Below are positions 39,846-49,556 of a stretch of 64,000 bases of DNA, one piece after another. Positions within the stretch are counted from its first letter, which is position 1. Every line of letters starts with the position of its first letter. Under the pieces are notes generated by a model. It was not told the origin of the DNA, searched no databases, and saw nothing but the letters and a program-made list of their open reading frames with translations. Position numbers and translations under genes: made by a program. The DNA comes from an uncultured Ruminococcus sp. Lineage in GTDB: Bacteria > Bacillota > Clostridia > Oscillospirales > Ruminococcaceae. The stretch lies in the NCBI GenBank assembly GCA_947178575.1, contig CAMWYX010000002.1:32543-96542 (forward strand). The letters are read 5' to 3'.

Positions 39846-40280
39846 ATGAATATGCCGTTATGCGGTACTTTTAAACCAAGTGTCGACGTTAAGGGCAGAA
39901 TGTCTTTCCCAAATAAGCTCCGAGAAATCCTCGGTGCTGAGTTTTACCTTTGTGCAGGTCACGAAAAAAACTACATCGCCGTTTACTCTGTTGATGAGTT
40001 CTACAGATACTGTGCCAAGCTCAACGAAATTACGGGCGAAATAGGTTCGGAAATCAGACGTGAACTTCTTGCCGGTGCTGACAGGCAGTCTCCTGATAAA
40101 CAGGGAAGAATCTTTATATCCCAACTGCTCAGGGATTATGCCGGTATAACGGCAGGCGAAGTCACCGTTATCGGCAATATGAACAGGGCTGAAATATGGA
40201 ACAGCGAAAAACTTGCAGAATGCAGGCGTAACGTTGACCAGGCTGCCCGAAAGGCAGCTCTTACTAATCTTGTGCTTTAG
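39846..40280 (+). CDS. mraZ: transcriptional regulator MraZ
   Basis: Two DxxxR-type repeats (VDVKGRMSFP, PDKQGRIFIS). First gene of the dcw cluster. Confidence 0.92.
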   Translation: MNMPLCGTFKPSVDVKGRMSFPNKLREILGAEFYLCAGHEKNYIAVYSVDEFYRYCAKLNEITGEIGSEIRRELLAGADRQSPDKQGRIFISQLLRDYAGITAGEVTVIGNMNRAEIWNSEKLAECRRNVDQAARKAALTNLVL

Positions 40281-40301
40281 CACGATGTGAGGAGTCTTTC
40301 T

Positions 40302-41243
40302 ATGAATTTCAGACATATTCCTGTTCTGCTCGACCAGTGTATCAGAGAACTTAATATCAATCCCGACGGCGTGTATATCGACTGCACTGCCGGCGGAGGC
40401 GGACATTCCTCTGCAATTGCTGCAAAACTAAGCCAAAAAGGCAGACTTATCGCCCTCGACCGTGACCCCGATGCCGTTAGAGCCGCTTCGGAAAAACTTG
40501 CGGTCTATGATAATGTTCAGGTCATTCACCGGAATTATTCGGAACTCGATTCTGTGCTGTCAGAGCTTGGTATCGCTGAAACAGACGGCGTTCTCATGGA
40601 TTTGGGAGTGTCTTCCTATCAGCTCGACGAAGAAAGCAGAGGCTTTTCCTATCATGGCGACGCTCGGCTCGATATGAGAATGAGCAGAGCCGGTCTGAGT
40701 GCGGCTGATATCGTCAATACGTACTCGGAACAGCAGCTTGCAAATATAATATTTGAGTTCGGCGAAGAAAAATTTTCACGCCGTATAGCTTCCAATATCG
40801 TCAGAACAAGAGAAATCAACCCCGTTCTGACAACAGGTCAGCTTGCTGATATTGTAAGGGAAAGTATTCCGCAGAAATTACGGAGAGATAAAAACCCCTG
40901 TAAAAAAACGTTTCAGGCTTTGCGTATAGCCGTAAACAGCGAGTTCGACCACCTTTATGCCGGACTTGACAAGGCTTTCGCCTCTCTGAAACCAAACGGC
41001 AGGCTCGCAGTTATCACGTTCCATTCGCTTGAGGACAGAATCGTAAAGAAAAAGTTCGCAGAATGGTGCAGAGGCTGTGTGTGTCCGCCCGATTTTCCCC
41101 AGTGCGTTTGCGGAAGAAAACCGCAGGGGAGTCTTGTGAACCGGAAGCCTATAGAGGCTGACCAGAATGAGCTTGAATGCAATAACCGCAGCAGAAGTGC
41201 CAAGCTCAGAGTTATCGAAAGGAGCGGATACGTCAATGGCTGA
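40302..41243 (+). CDS. rsmH: 16S rRNA (cytosine1402-N4)-methyltransferase RsmH
   Basis: HIPVLLDQ, DCTAGGGGHS and DLGVSSYQLD motifs. ATG 40302 follows GAGGAG. Confidence 0.93.
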   Translation: MNFRHIPVLLDQCIRELNINPDGVYIDCTAGGGGHSSAIAAKLSQKGRLIALDRDPDAVRAASEKLAVYDNVQVIHRNYSELDSVLSELGIAETDGVLMDLGVSSYQLDEESRGFSYHGDARLDMRMSRAGLSAADIVNTYSEQQLANIIFEFGEEKFSRRIASNIVRTREINPVLTTGQLADIVRESIPQKLRRDKNPCKKTFQALRIAVNSEFDHLYAGLDKAFASLKPNGRLAVITFHSLEDRIVKKKFAEWCRGCVCPPDFPQCVCGRKPQGSLVNRKPIEADQNELECNNRSRSAKLRVIERSGYVNG

Positions 41244-41709
41244 TGAAAACTCTGCATATGCTCAAAAAAGCAGCGGAGATGTTACTGATGCCGGAAACGG
41301 TAAGTCAGGAAAATCAGCTCGCAACAGCGTAAACAGTGAATCCCGTGTGGGTTCTTTGTTTTCAATTATGCTGGTATCTGTTCTCGCTGCCGCCCTGCTC
41401 GGCGCTGTTATTTTCAGTCTTAACAGAAGAAATACCATGTACAGCGAGGTCACTTCTCTTACGGAGGAGCTTACCCTTGCAGAAGCTGAAAATGTAAGAC
41501 TGCAGTCAGAGCTGGAAAGTAAAATATCTGCAAAAAACGTCGAGGATTATGTTGAAAATGTTCTGGGAATGCAGAAAATAGATTCCTCCCAGATAAAGTA
41601 TATCAGAATACAGACCAATGACGTTGTGAGTATTCCACAGCAGGACGAAAGCGTCCTGTCGAAAATACGCAGTTTTTTTGACCGCTGTGTGGAATATTTC
41701 AGGGGGTAG
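41236..41709 (+). CDS. ftsL: cell division protein FtsL-like (extended N-terminus)
   Basis: One TM segment, a leucine-zipper-like coiled coil, and a VENVLGMQKIDSSQIKYI motif. The start overlaps the rsmH stop. Confidence 0.7.
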   Translation: MADENSAYAQKSSGDVTDAGNGKSGKSARNSVNSESRVGSLFSIMLVSVLAAALLGAVIFSLNRRNTMYSEVTSLTEELTLAEAENVRLQSELESKISAKNVEDYVENVLGMQKIDSSQIKYIRIQTNDVVSIPQQDESVLSKIRSFFDRCVEYFRG

Positions 41710-41729
41710 TACAAATATAAATATATTAC

Positions 41730-41999
41730 ATGGACTGCCTTTTATATCAGTCTGCGGCTTAAAAAGAAACAGTGCCGTGGCAAAAGTAGAACACGGAGAT
41801 GAAACGGGTGATCAGAATATCGGATTGCTGTATTCTTACCGGAAACGGCAGATGGCGTCCTTCACCTGATACTGACGACAGATAAAAAGATGTCAGTATC
41901 CTGACGATAAAGAATCGTCATGTCTTGAGACAACGGACATCATAAAAAAGAGAAGATGTTCAAAGGCAGGGCTGCTTCAGGTTACCCTGCCTTATTTTA
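41730..41999 (+). promoter_or_regulatory. hairpin-rich non-coding insert ending in an intrinsic terminator (41965-41999) between ftsL and pbp
   Basis: Stems 41868-41876/41892-41900 (9 bp), 41902-41908/41914-41920 (7 bp), 41775-41779/41792-41796 and 41815-41819/41831-41835. Terminator GGCAGGG/CCCTGCC followed by TTATTTTAT. No credible ORF. Confidence 0.5.
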
Positions 42000-42029
42000 T
42001 AAATCATAATACAGTTTCTCAGAAAGGAT

Positions 42030-44453
42030 ATGCCTATGGCTAACAACAGCAGTGTACCGTCGGAATCCATGAAATTCAGAACGAGAGTCACCATGATTAT
42101 TGTGTTCTCATGCCTGTTTATTGCGGTTACAGTAAGATTTTTCTGGGTTTCGATAGTCGACAACAGCAAATATCAGGCAATGGCTAACGACCAGCATTTT
42201 GGCTCGATAACCATATCTGCCCACCGTGGGTCAATATACGATGCAAAGGGGACGGCACTTGCCAAAAGTGCATCGGTCTATAAGGTCTTTCTTGACCCGA
42301 AACAGTTCCGCAAAGATATGGAGGGTCTTCAGGAACGAATCGACCAACGCAACGATGAAATCAAAAACGGTACATATAAACCTAAAATAGAAATCACTAC
42401 AGATGCCGACGGAGCAGAAATACAGAATGTCATTGAAGACCCTCTGCCCGTGTCTGTCGAATCTTTTAAAAAAGAAGCCATCGCCCTGCTTTCGGATAAG
42501 CTGGAAATATCAACCGAGAAAATTGAAAAGGCAATGGAAGCAAATAACCAGTACAGCGTTCTGCAGGAACAGGTCGAAAAACCGGTCGCCGATGAGGTTC
42601 TGGAATTTTTCAATCAGTACGGACTTATCAGCATTAATGTTGAGGAAGATACAAAACGTTATTATCCGCATAACGAGCTCGCAGCATCTGTTATCGGATT
42701 TACTGCCGCCGACGGATACGGTCTGTACGGAATAGAGTCATCATATGATGATTATCTTTCCGGAACTGACGGCAGAACCATTTCCGCTAAGGATTCAAAC
42801 GGCAACGAACTGCCATACCGGTATTCAAAGACGTATCCCGCAAAAAACGGAAATGATGTGTATCTTACCCTTGATATGGATATTCAGTATTACCTTGAAA
42901 AACATCTTGAGGAAATGTCAACGAAGTTTCAGGTTAAAAACAGAAGCTGTGCAATCCTCATGAACGTGAAAACAGGTGCGATTTACGGAATGGCAACATA
43001 TCCGAGTTTCGATTTGAATAATCCGTATGAAATTGCCGACCCTGTAATTGCAGAGAAACTTAAAACTCTCGGCGATGCGGAATACAGCAGAGTTCAGGGA
43101 GAAGCCCGTGAAACTCAGTGGCGTAACAAGTGCATAACAGAAGTATATGAACCAGGTTCGGTTTTTAAGGTAATAACCAGTTCTGCGGCGTTTGAGGAGA
43201 ATCTTATCGATGCCGCACGGGACAGCTTTTATTGTTCCGGCTCTATAAAGCTCGACGGTATGGAACAGCCGGTAAACTGCCATGAACTCGGCGGTCACGG
43301 AGCTCAGACATATCAGCTTGCCCTTACACATTCGTGCAATCCTGCATTCATGGAAATCGGTGCAAGGCTCGGACGTGAAAAATTTCTTTATTATTACGAG
43401 GCTTTCGGTCTCCGTGAACCGACCGGAATCGATTTGCCGGCGGAATCAGGCGGTATTCAGGTATCGGAAGAAAGATTTACCAATGTTGACCTCGGTCTTT
43501 CGTCTATCGGACAGTGCGAGACCATTACGCCTCTTGAAATGATAACCGCATATTGTGCCTCAATAAACGGAGGCTATCTTCTCCAGCCGTATGTCGTGGA
43601 TAAGGTTCTTGATGAGGACGGAAATGTTATCGTCAAAAATGAACGTACTGTCCGCCGTCAGGTTGTTTCGGAAGAAACATCTGCAATCATGCGGAACGCT
43701 CTGTATCATGTAGCATCTGACAGCGGAGGAGGAAACGTTACTATCAAGGGATATGCTATCGGAGGAAAATCCGGTACATCACAGCGACTTTCCGAAACAG
43801 AACACGGTCAGACACTTGTTCAGGGAGCGGAAGAAGATGCCGATAAGCAGGAATACGGTGCAAGTTACTGCTGTTTTGCTCCTGCCGATGACCCCGAAGT
43901 TATTCTTCTCGTTCTTGCCGATATGCCCGACAGAAAAAATAACGGCGGATTTTATTACGGAAGTCAGGTTGCCGTTCCGACAGCCCGTGAAATCCTCACA
44001 GATGTACTCCCATATCTCGGAATGAGTCCGGAATATACGGAAGATGAACTCGCAGAGCTTGATATAAAAGTTCCGCTTCTTGAGGGCGATTTGATGTCTG
44101 CAAAAGCAACTCTCGACAGTCTCGGCGCAAATTATGAAGTTGTCGGAAACGGATATTCCGTTGTGGCACAGTCTCCGGTAACCGGTACGACTATCGCAAA
44201 GGGCGGAACGGTCTATCTGTATACAGACCCCTCGCATACAGTTGATTATACCGATGTTCCAGACCTTACAGGCGTTGACCCTGCACTCGCAAATGATATA
44301 ATTACATATTCGGGACTTAATTATGTTGCGACCGGTGCATCTGTTCACCGTAACGGAGCTGTCGTCAACAGTCAGTCCATTGAGCCGGGAAAATCCGTCC
44401 CCTATGGTACTACTATTGTTCTTGAATTTACTGTTGTAAGCAGCGGAGATTAA
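42030..44453 (+). CDS. class B penicillin-binding protein (FtsI/SpoVD type) with two C-terminal PASTA domains
   Basis: 807 aa. SVFK active-site motif, SCN and KSGT motifs. PASTA repeats in the last ~130 aa. Confidence 0.9.
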   Translation: MPMANNSSVPSESMKFRTRVTMIIVFSCLFIAVTVRFFWVSIVDNSKYQAMANDQHFGSITISAHRGSIYDAKGTALAKSASVYKVFLDPKQFRKDMEGLQERIDQRNDEIKNGTYKPKIEITTDADGAEIQNVIEDPLPVSVESFKKEAIALLSDKLEISTEKIEKAMEANNQYSVLQEQVEKPVADEVLEFFNQYGLISINVEEDTKRYYPHNELAASVIGFTAADGYGLYGIESSYDDYLSGTDGRTISAKDSNGNELPYRYSKTYPAKNGNDVYLTLDMDIQYYLEKHLEEMSTKFQVKNRSCAILMNVKTGAIYGMATYPSFDLNNPYEIADPVIAEKLKTLGDAEYSRVQGEARETQWRNKCITEVYEPGSVFKVITSSAAFEENLIDAARDSFYCSGSIKLDGMEQPVNCHELGGHGAQTYQLALTHSCNPAFMEIGARLGREKFLYYYEAFGLREPTGIDLPAESGGIQVSEERFTNVDLGLSSIGQCETITPLEMITAYCASINGGYLLQPYVVDKVLDEDGNVIVKNERTVRRQVVSEETSAIMRNALYHVASDSGGGNVTIKGYAIGGKSGTSQRLSETEHGQTLVQGAEEDADKQEYGASYCCFAPADDPEVILLVLADMPDRKNNGGFYYGSQVAVPTAREILTDVLPYLGMSPEYTEDELAELDIKVPLLEGDLMSAKATLDSLGANYEVVGNGYSVVAQSPVTGTTIAKGGTVYLYTDPSHTVDYTDVPDLTGVDPALANDIITYSGLNYVATGASVHRNGAVVNSQSIEPGKSVPYGTTIVLEFTVVSSGD

Positions 44454-44466
44454 AGGAGTAAAAAAT

Positions 44467-45912
44467 ATGAAATTAAATGAACTGCTTGAAAATAATGCCG
44501 TATCGCCTATAGGCGATACAGAAATCACATCGGTTACCGATGATACACGGAAAGTAAAAGAGGGAAGTCTGTTCGTATGTGTTAAAGGCGGAAGTTTTGA
44601 CGGTCATTCCGTTGCCAGAGAAATGCTTGAAAAGGGTGCTTCCGCTGTTGTCTGCGAGCGTGATTTGGGTCTCGGAGAAAAACAGATTATCGTCGAAAAC
44701 AGCCGTATCATGTACGGAAATATCTGTGCGGCATGGTTCGGACACCCCGAAAGAAAAATGACTCTTATCGGCGTTACCGGAACAAACGGCAAGACAACAA
44801 TCACCAATGTGATAAAACACGTACTTATGAGTTCCGGTCATAAAACCGGACTTATCGGCACGATACAGAATGAAATCGGCGATAAGGTTCTGCATACCGA
44901 AAATACGACTCCGCTGACGTTTGAATTTATGTCGGTTCTTGCGGAAATGGCTTCCGAGGGCTGTGAATATGTCGTTATGGAAGTGAGTTCCTTTGCACTT
45001 GTCCAGCACAGAATCGGACCGGCATATTTCGATACAGCCGTGTTTACAAATCTCACACAGGACCACCTTGACTATCACAAGGATATGGAATCCTACTATC
45101 AGGCGAAAAAAATGCTATTTGACATATGCGACAAAGCAATAATAAATATCGATGATGAATACGGCAGACAGCTTTTTAATGAGCTGACCTGTAAAAAACT
45201 CTCGTTCAGTATTGAGAATAAAGCCGATTATTACGTATCTGTTGACTGCATGAAATCAACGGGAAGCGGTTTTGATATTTATTCCGGAAATTCAGATTCT
45301 GCATTGCATATTGATACAAGGATTCCGGGGAAATTCAATATCTCGAATATTACAGTCGCCTGTGCAGTATGTTCCGGACTTGGAATATCCGGCGATGATA
45401 TTTCTTCAGCGATACGCAGTTACAACGGCGTAAAGGGAAGATGCGAAGTTATTCCCACAGGCAGGGATTTCACAGTTATCTGTGATTATGCCCATACTCC
45501 CGACGCTGTTGAGAATATTCTCCGCAGTGTAAAGGAATATACCGAGGGAAAGCTGATTTGTCTTTTCGGGTGCGGTGGAAACCGTGATTCCGCAAAACGT
45601 CCGAAAATGGCAGCGTCTGCGGCAGAATACGCCGACCGGCTTATAGTTACTTCCGATAATCCCCGCAATGAAAATCCTGATGATATAATTGCGGATATAC
45701 TCAAAGGACTGGAGAATACACAGATACCTTATGATGTTGTTCCCGACCGCCGTGAAGCAATATATCACGGACTGAGAACCGCAGAAAAAGGAGATATAAT
45801 AGTGCTTGCCGGAAAAGGTCATGAAGATTATCAGATACTTGCAGGTATGAAGCATATTCATTTCGACGAAAGAGAAGTCGTGGCAGACGGTCTGAAAGTT
45901 ATTTTCGGATAA
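44467..45912 (+). CDS. murE: UDP-N-acetylmuramoyl-L-alanyl-D-glutamate--2,6-diaminopimelate ligase
   Basis: GVTGTNGKTT P-loop and the DNPR motif (SDNPRNE) typical of meso-DAP-adding MurE. Confidence 0.92.
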   Translation: MKLNELLENNAVSPIGDTEITSVTDDTRKVKEGSLFVCVKGGSFDGHSVAREMLEKGASAVVCERDLGLGEKQIIVENSRIMYGNICAAWFGHPERKMTLIGVTGTNGKTTITNVIKHVLMSSGHKTGLIGTIQNEIGDKVLHTENTTPLTFEFMSVLAEMASEGCEYVVMEVSSFALVQHRIGPAYFDTAVFTNLTQDHLDYHKDMESYYQAKKMLFDICDKAIINIDDEYGRQLFNELTCKKLSFSIENKADYYVSVDCMKSTGSGFDIYSGNSDSALHIDTRIPGKFNISNITVACAVCSGLGISGDDISSAIRSYNGVKGRCEVIPTGRDFTVICDYAHTPDAVENILRSVKEYTEGKLICLFGCGGNRDSAKRPKMAASAAEYADRLIVTSDNPRNENPDDIIADILKGLENTQIPYDVVPDRREAIYHGLRTAEKGDIIVLAGKGHEDYQILAGMKHIHFDEREVVADGLKVIFG

Positions 45913-45937
45913 TCTGCGAGAAGGGGTTGTATATAAA

Positions 45938-46975
45938 ATGTCATTCTGGATAATAATTTTTGGGACTGCATTGTTGTCGTTCGGTATATCTGCATTGTCG
46001 GGAAAATGGCTTGTTCCGTTTCTCCATAAAATAAAATTCGGTCAGCCGATAAAGGTCAAGGACGGCCCTGAGTGGCACGCCAAAAAACAGGGTACTCCGA
46101 CTATGGGCGGATTCATGTTTATACTTTCGACTGTAATCACTGCTCTCGGGGGCTACTGGGTTTATCGTATTCAGGCTGGACTTGATACCACTTCCGGAGA
46201 TACCGGCAATGCGTTTCTAAGGCTGGTAAGTGTTATTGTTTTTTCTCTTCTTTTCGGACTTATCGGATTTATTGACGACTATACGAAAGTCGTCCGGAAA
46301 GATAACGACGGTCTTTCCGCAATGCAGAAAATATTGTTGCAGACGCTTTTTTCCGTTGGATTTCTGTTTGCACTTTACAAGTTCGGCGACGGTTCGACAT
46401 CAATAAATCTCGGGTTCTGGGAAACTCCACAGCTCGGAATATTTTACTATATTATTCTCATACCGGTAATAATATATCTTACAAATGCTGTTAACCTCAC
46501 GGACGGAATCGACGGTCTGTGCGGTTCGGTAACATTTGCGGCGATGCTCGTATTTACGGTATGCTGTTCAATACTTAAAGAAAATGAACTCTCATGTTTT
46601 ACTATGGCTCTTGCCGGAGGCTGTCTCGGATTTCTCGTGTGGAATCTCAATCCGGCAAAGTGCTTTATGGGCGATACCGGCTCGATGTTTCTCGGTGCGG
46701 CTGTAACAGGCGTGGGACTTATGCTTCACAATCATCTGCTTATGGTGCTTGTTTCGCTTGTGTATATCATTGAAGCTCTTTCGGTGGTTATTCAGGTATC
46801 GTACTTCAAGTACACAAAGAAAAAGTACGGCGAGGGACGGCGTATCTTCAAGATGACGCCGATACATCATCACTTTGAACTCAGCAAATGGAGCGAGTAT
46901 AAAATTGTTATTTCATTTTCAATGGCAGGCATATTTTTCGGAATTATAGGGATTGTTCTGTTACTGGCGTTCTGA
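45938..46975 (+). CDS. mraY: phospho-N-acetylmuramoyl-pentapeptide transferase
   Basis: Polytopic membrane protein with NLTDGIDGL, MGDTGS and PIHHHFE motifs. Confidence 0.95.
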   Translation: MSFWIIIFGTALLSFGISALSGKWLVPFLHKIKFGQPIKVKDGPEWHAKKQGTPTMGGFMFILSTVITALGGYWVYRIQAGLDTTSGDTGNAFLRLVSVIVFSLLFGLIGFIDDYTKVVRKDNDGLSAMQKILLQTLFSVGFLFALYKFGDGSTSINLGFWETPQLGIFYYIILIPVIIYLTNAVNLTDGIDGLCGSVTFAAMLVFTVCCSILKENELSCFTMALAGGCLGFLVWNLNPAKCFMGDTGSMFLGAAVTGVGLMLHNHLLMVLVSLVYIIEALSVVIQVSYFKYTKKKYGEGRRIFKMTPIHHHFELSKWSEYKIVISFSMAGIFFGIIGIVLLLAF

Positions 46976-47010
46976 GGCAGAATATTCCGTGAACATGATA
47001 AGGAGGCAAA

Positions 47011-48264
47011 ATGACTGCTGTGGCTAAAACAAGAGAAAACAGAAGAAAAGGTCTTTTTTCCGTGCTTTTCGGCGGAGGACGCAACGGCGATATGAGCCTT
47101 TCGTTTTTTGCATATGTCATGATACTGCTCATCGTAGGACTTGTTATGATGTCGTCTGCAAGCTATGCATGGGCATACAGCGAATACGGCGACGGTCTTT
47201 ACTATGCAAAAAATCAGGCTGCAAATGCGATTGTAGGATTTATTGCAATGGCATTCTTTATAAATTTTGATTATCATAATTTCAGGCGGATTGAAGTTCC
47301 GGTGCTGAAAAAATTCAATATAGCCGGTATATTTTATATCGGCACTGCTGTTCTGCTTGTTGCCGTGCTTGTCATAGGAAATACAGAGGGCGGTTCTATG
47401 GGTGCAAAACGCTGGATTGATATAGGTCCTTTCAATTTGCAGCCATCGGAAATAGCCAAGCTCGCTATTATTGTATTCTTTGCCTACAGTATGGAACGGG
47501 ACGGCAAAAAGATGAATACTTTTAAAACCGGTATTATCAAATATGCCGGACTTTTAGGTCTGTATATCATTCTTATCGGTCTTGAAAAGCATCTTTCGGG
47601 TATTCTGCTTGTCAGCACAATTGCCGTTTCAATGATTTTATGCGGAGGTGCGAATAAAAAGCAGTTCACGGCACTGGCGGTTATTTTCGTGGTTTTTGCG
47701 GCGTTGCTGATATGGTGGCAGTACAATGTTCCGGACAGTTATGTTCAGGTGCGTATAAAATCATGGCGTGACCCGTTCGCCGATGTCCTCAATGATACAT
47801 GGCAGACGGCAAATTCCATAATCGCCATTGGTTCGGGAGGATTTTTCGGGCTTGGACTGGGAAATTCCCGTCAGAAGTATCTGTATCTTCCGGAAACAAA
47901 AAACGACTTCGTTTTCCCGATTGTATGCGAGGAAATAGGATTTATCGGTGCACTTGCAATAATAATTGTTTTCTTTCTTCTTGTTGTTGAGGGATATTCC
48001 ATTGCGGTACGGTGCAAGGACAGATTCGGAATGCTTCTCGCAGTCGGCATAACAACGCAGATTGGCATACAGACAGTTCTCAATCTTGCCGTTGTCAGCA
48101 ATCTTATACCAAATACCGGAATCAGTCTTCCGTTTTTCAGTTATGGCGGAACTGCTCTGATAATGCAGTTGGTCGAAATGGGAATTATGCTGAATATATC
48201 ACGGCAAAGATATTATCCGCCGGACAATACAGAGCCTGAATTGTCGGATAAACCGGAAATTTAA
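47011..48264 (+). CDS. ftsW: SEDS-family peptidoglycan polymerase FtsW/SpoVE
   Basis: QPSEIAKL, FVFPIVCEE and PFFSYGGT motifs. Confidence 0.9.
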   Translation: MTAVAKTRENRRKGLFSVLFGGGRNGDMSLSFFAYVMILLIVGLVMMSSASYAWAYSEYGDGLYYAKNQAANAIVGFIAMAFFINFDYHNFRRIEVPVLKKFNIAGIFYIGTAVLLVAVLVIGNTEGGSMGAKRWIDIGPFNLQPSEIAKLAIIVFFAYSMERDGKKMNTFKTGIIKYAGLLGLYIILIGLEKHLSGILLVSTIAVSMILCGGANKKQFTALAVIFVVFAALLIWWQYNVPDSYVQVRIKSWRDPFADVLNDTWQTANSIIAIGSGGFFGLGLGNSRQKYLYLPETKNDFVFPIVCEEIGFIGALAIIIVFFLLVVEGYSIAVRCKDRFGMLLAVGITTQIGIQTVLNLAVVSNLIPNTGISLPFFSYGGTALIMQLVEMGIMLNISRQRYYPPDNTEPELSDKPEI

Positions 48265-48283
48265 AAAAGAGGTGCGTAATTAT

Positions 48284-49411
48284 ATGAAAGTTCTTATATC
48301 ATGCGGAGGTACAGGCGGACATATAAATCCGGGTCTTGCCATTGCGGATATTATAAAATCAAAATACCCTGATACGGAGTTCCTTTTTGCCGGAACTCCT
48401 AAGGGAATGGAGTCGAGGCTTGTTCCGCAGGCGGGTTACAGAATCGAGCCGATAAAAGTCGCAGGATTTCAACGGTCGCTGTCGTTTGAGAATATCGGCA
48501 GGAACGCAAAGGCACTGGCATATCTTATGTCTTCCGGAAAACGTGCAAAGGAAATAATAAGCAGTTTCAATCCTGATATTGCTATCGGAACAGGCGGATA
48601 TGCGGCAGGACCTGTTATACGCAAGGCGGCAAAAATGGGAATCCCTACAGCTATTCACGAACAGAATGCATATCCCGGAATCACAAACAGACTTCTTTCA
48701 AAGGAAGTTGACCATGTTATGCTCACTGTCAAGGAAGCTCTTGATTTCATGGATAAGGGCAGTTTTGAGTATAGTATTACCGGACTTCCGGTGCGGAGTT
48801 CCATAAGCGGAATTTCAAAGGCGGAGGCAAGAAAAAAACTCGGGTTCAACAACGATTTCACTATACTTTCATTCGGCGGAAGTCTCGGAGCAGGCTGTAT
48901 AAACGAAACCATGGCAGAGGCAGTCAGATGGCATACACAAAAAGGTCTTAAAATAAATCATATACACGGATACGGCGGTATGGGAAAAGATACTTTTCCG
49001 CAGGCTATGGAAAAAAATGGTATACCGCTTAAAAGCAATCGCCTGAGAATAACGGAATATATCAACGATATGGAAGTCTGTCTCGCTGCGGCTGACCTTG
49101 TGATATGCCGTTCCGGTGCGTCAACTCTTGCGGAACTTGAAGCGGCAGGCAAAGCATCTATACTTATTCCCTCGCCTATCGTTGCAGGAAATCATCAGTA
49201 TCATAACGCCATGGTTCTCGGAAAAGCAGGAGCAGCCGAAGTTATCGAGCAGAAAGATGCGTCTCCGGAAAGACTTATTGCGGAAATCGAACTGCTTTAC
49301 AATAATCCGGAAAAGGTTCGGAAGATGTCGGAGTCGGCAGGTTCTCTTTTCCTGAAAGATACAAATCAGCGTATTCTGGCTGTAATTGACAGTCTTGTAA
49401 AAAATAAGTAA
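48284..49411 (+). CDS. murG: undecaprenyldiphospho-muramoylpentapeptide beta-N-acetylglucosaminyltransferase
   Basis: GGTGGHINPGLAIA and RSGASTLAELEAAG motifs. GAGGTG RBS favours ATG 48284. Confidence 0.93.
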   Translation: MKVLISCGGTGGHINPGLAIADIIKSKYPDTEFLFAGTPKGMESRLVPQAGYRIEPIKVAGFQRSLSFENIGRNAKALAYLMSSGKRAKEIISSFNPDIAIGTGGYAAGPVIRKAAKMGIPTAIHEQNAYPGITNRLLSKEVDHVMLTVKEALDFMDKGSFEYSITGLPVRSSISGISKAEARKKLGFNNDFTILSFGGSLGAGCINETMAEAVRWHTQKGLKINHIHGYGGMGKDTFPQAMEKNGIPLKSNRLRITEYINDMEVCLAAADLVICRSGASTLAELEAAGKASILIPSPIVAGNHQYHNAMVLGKAGAAEVIEQKDASPERLIAEIELLYNNPEKVRKMSESAGSLFLKDTNQRILAVIDSLVKNK

Positions 49412-49556
49412 CCTCAGATACATAAACAGCATAGTATAAGTGAGGAGTCTCATCTGTGAATCGTGCGGAATCCGGTTCACAGCTCCTTATTTGAATACAC
49501 AAATCATTTTTATGAAATCTGATTTGTGTAATTAAAAATGCTGTGAGGTGGTCATT

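Noticed and set aside
41678-41869. 63-aa ORF in the ftsL-pbp spacer.
   Set aside because: It starts inside ftsL in another frame and has no RBS. The region is better explained by stacked hairpins and a terminator.
49498-49528. 9-bp hairpin CACAAATCA...TGATTTGTG between murG and murA, considered as a terminator.
   Set aside because: It has a 13-nt loop and no U-tract on either strand. It may be structural but is not a canonical terminator.
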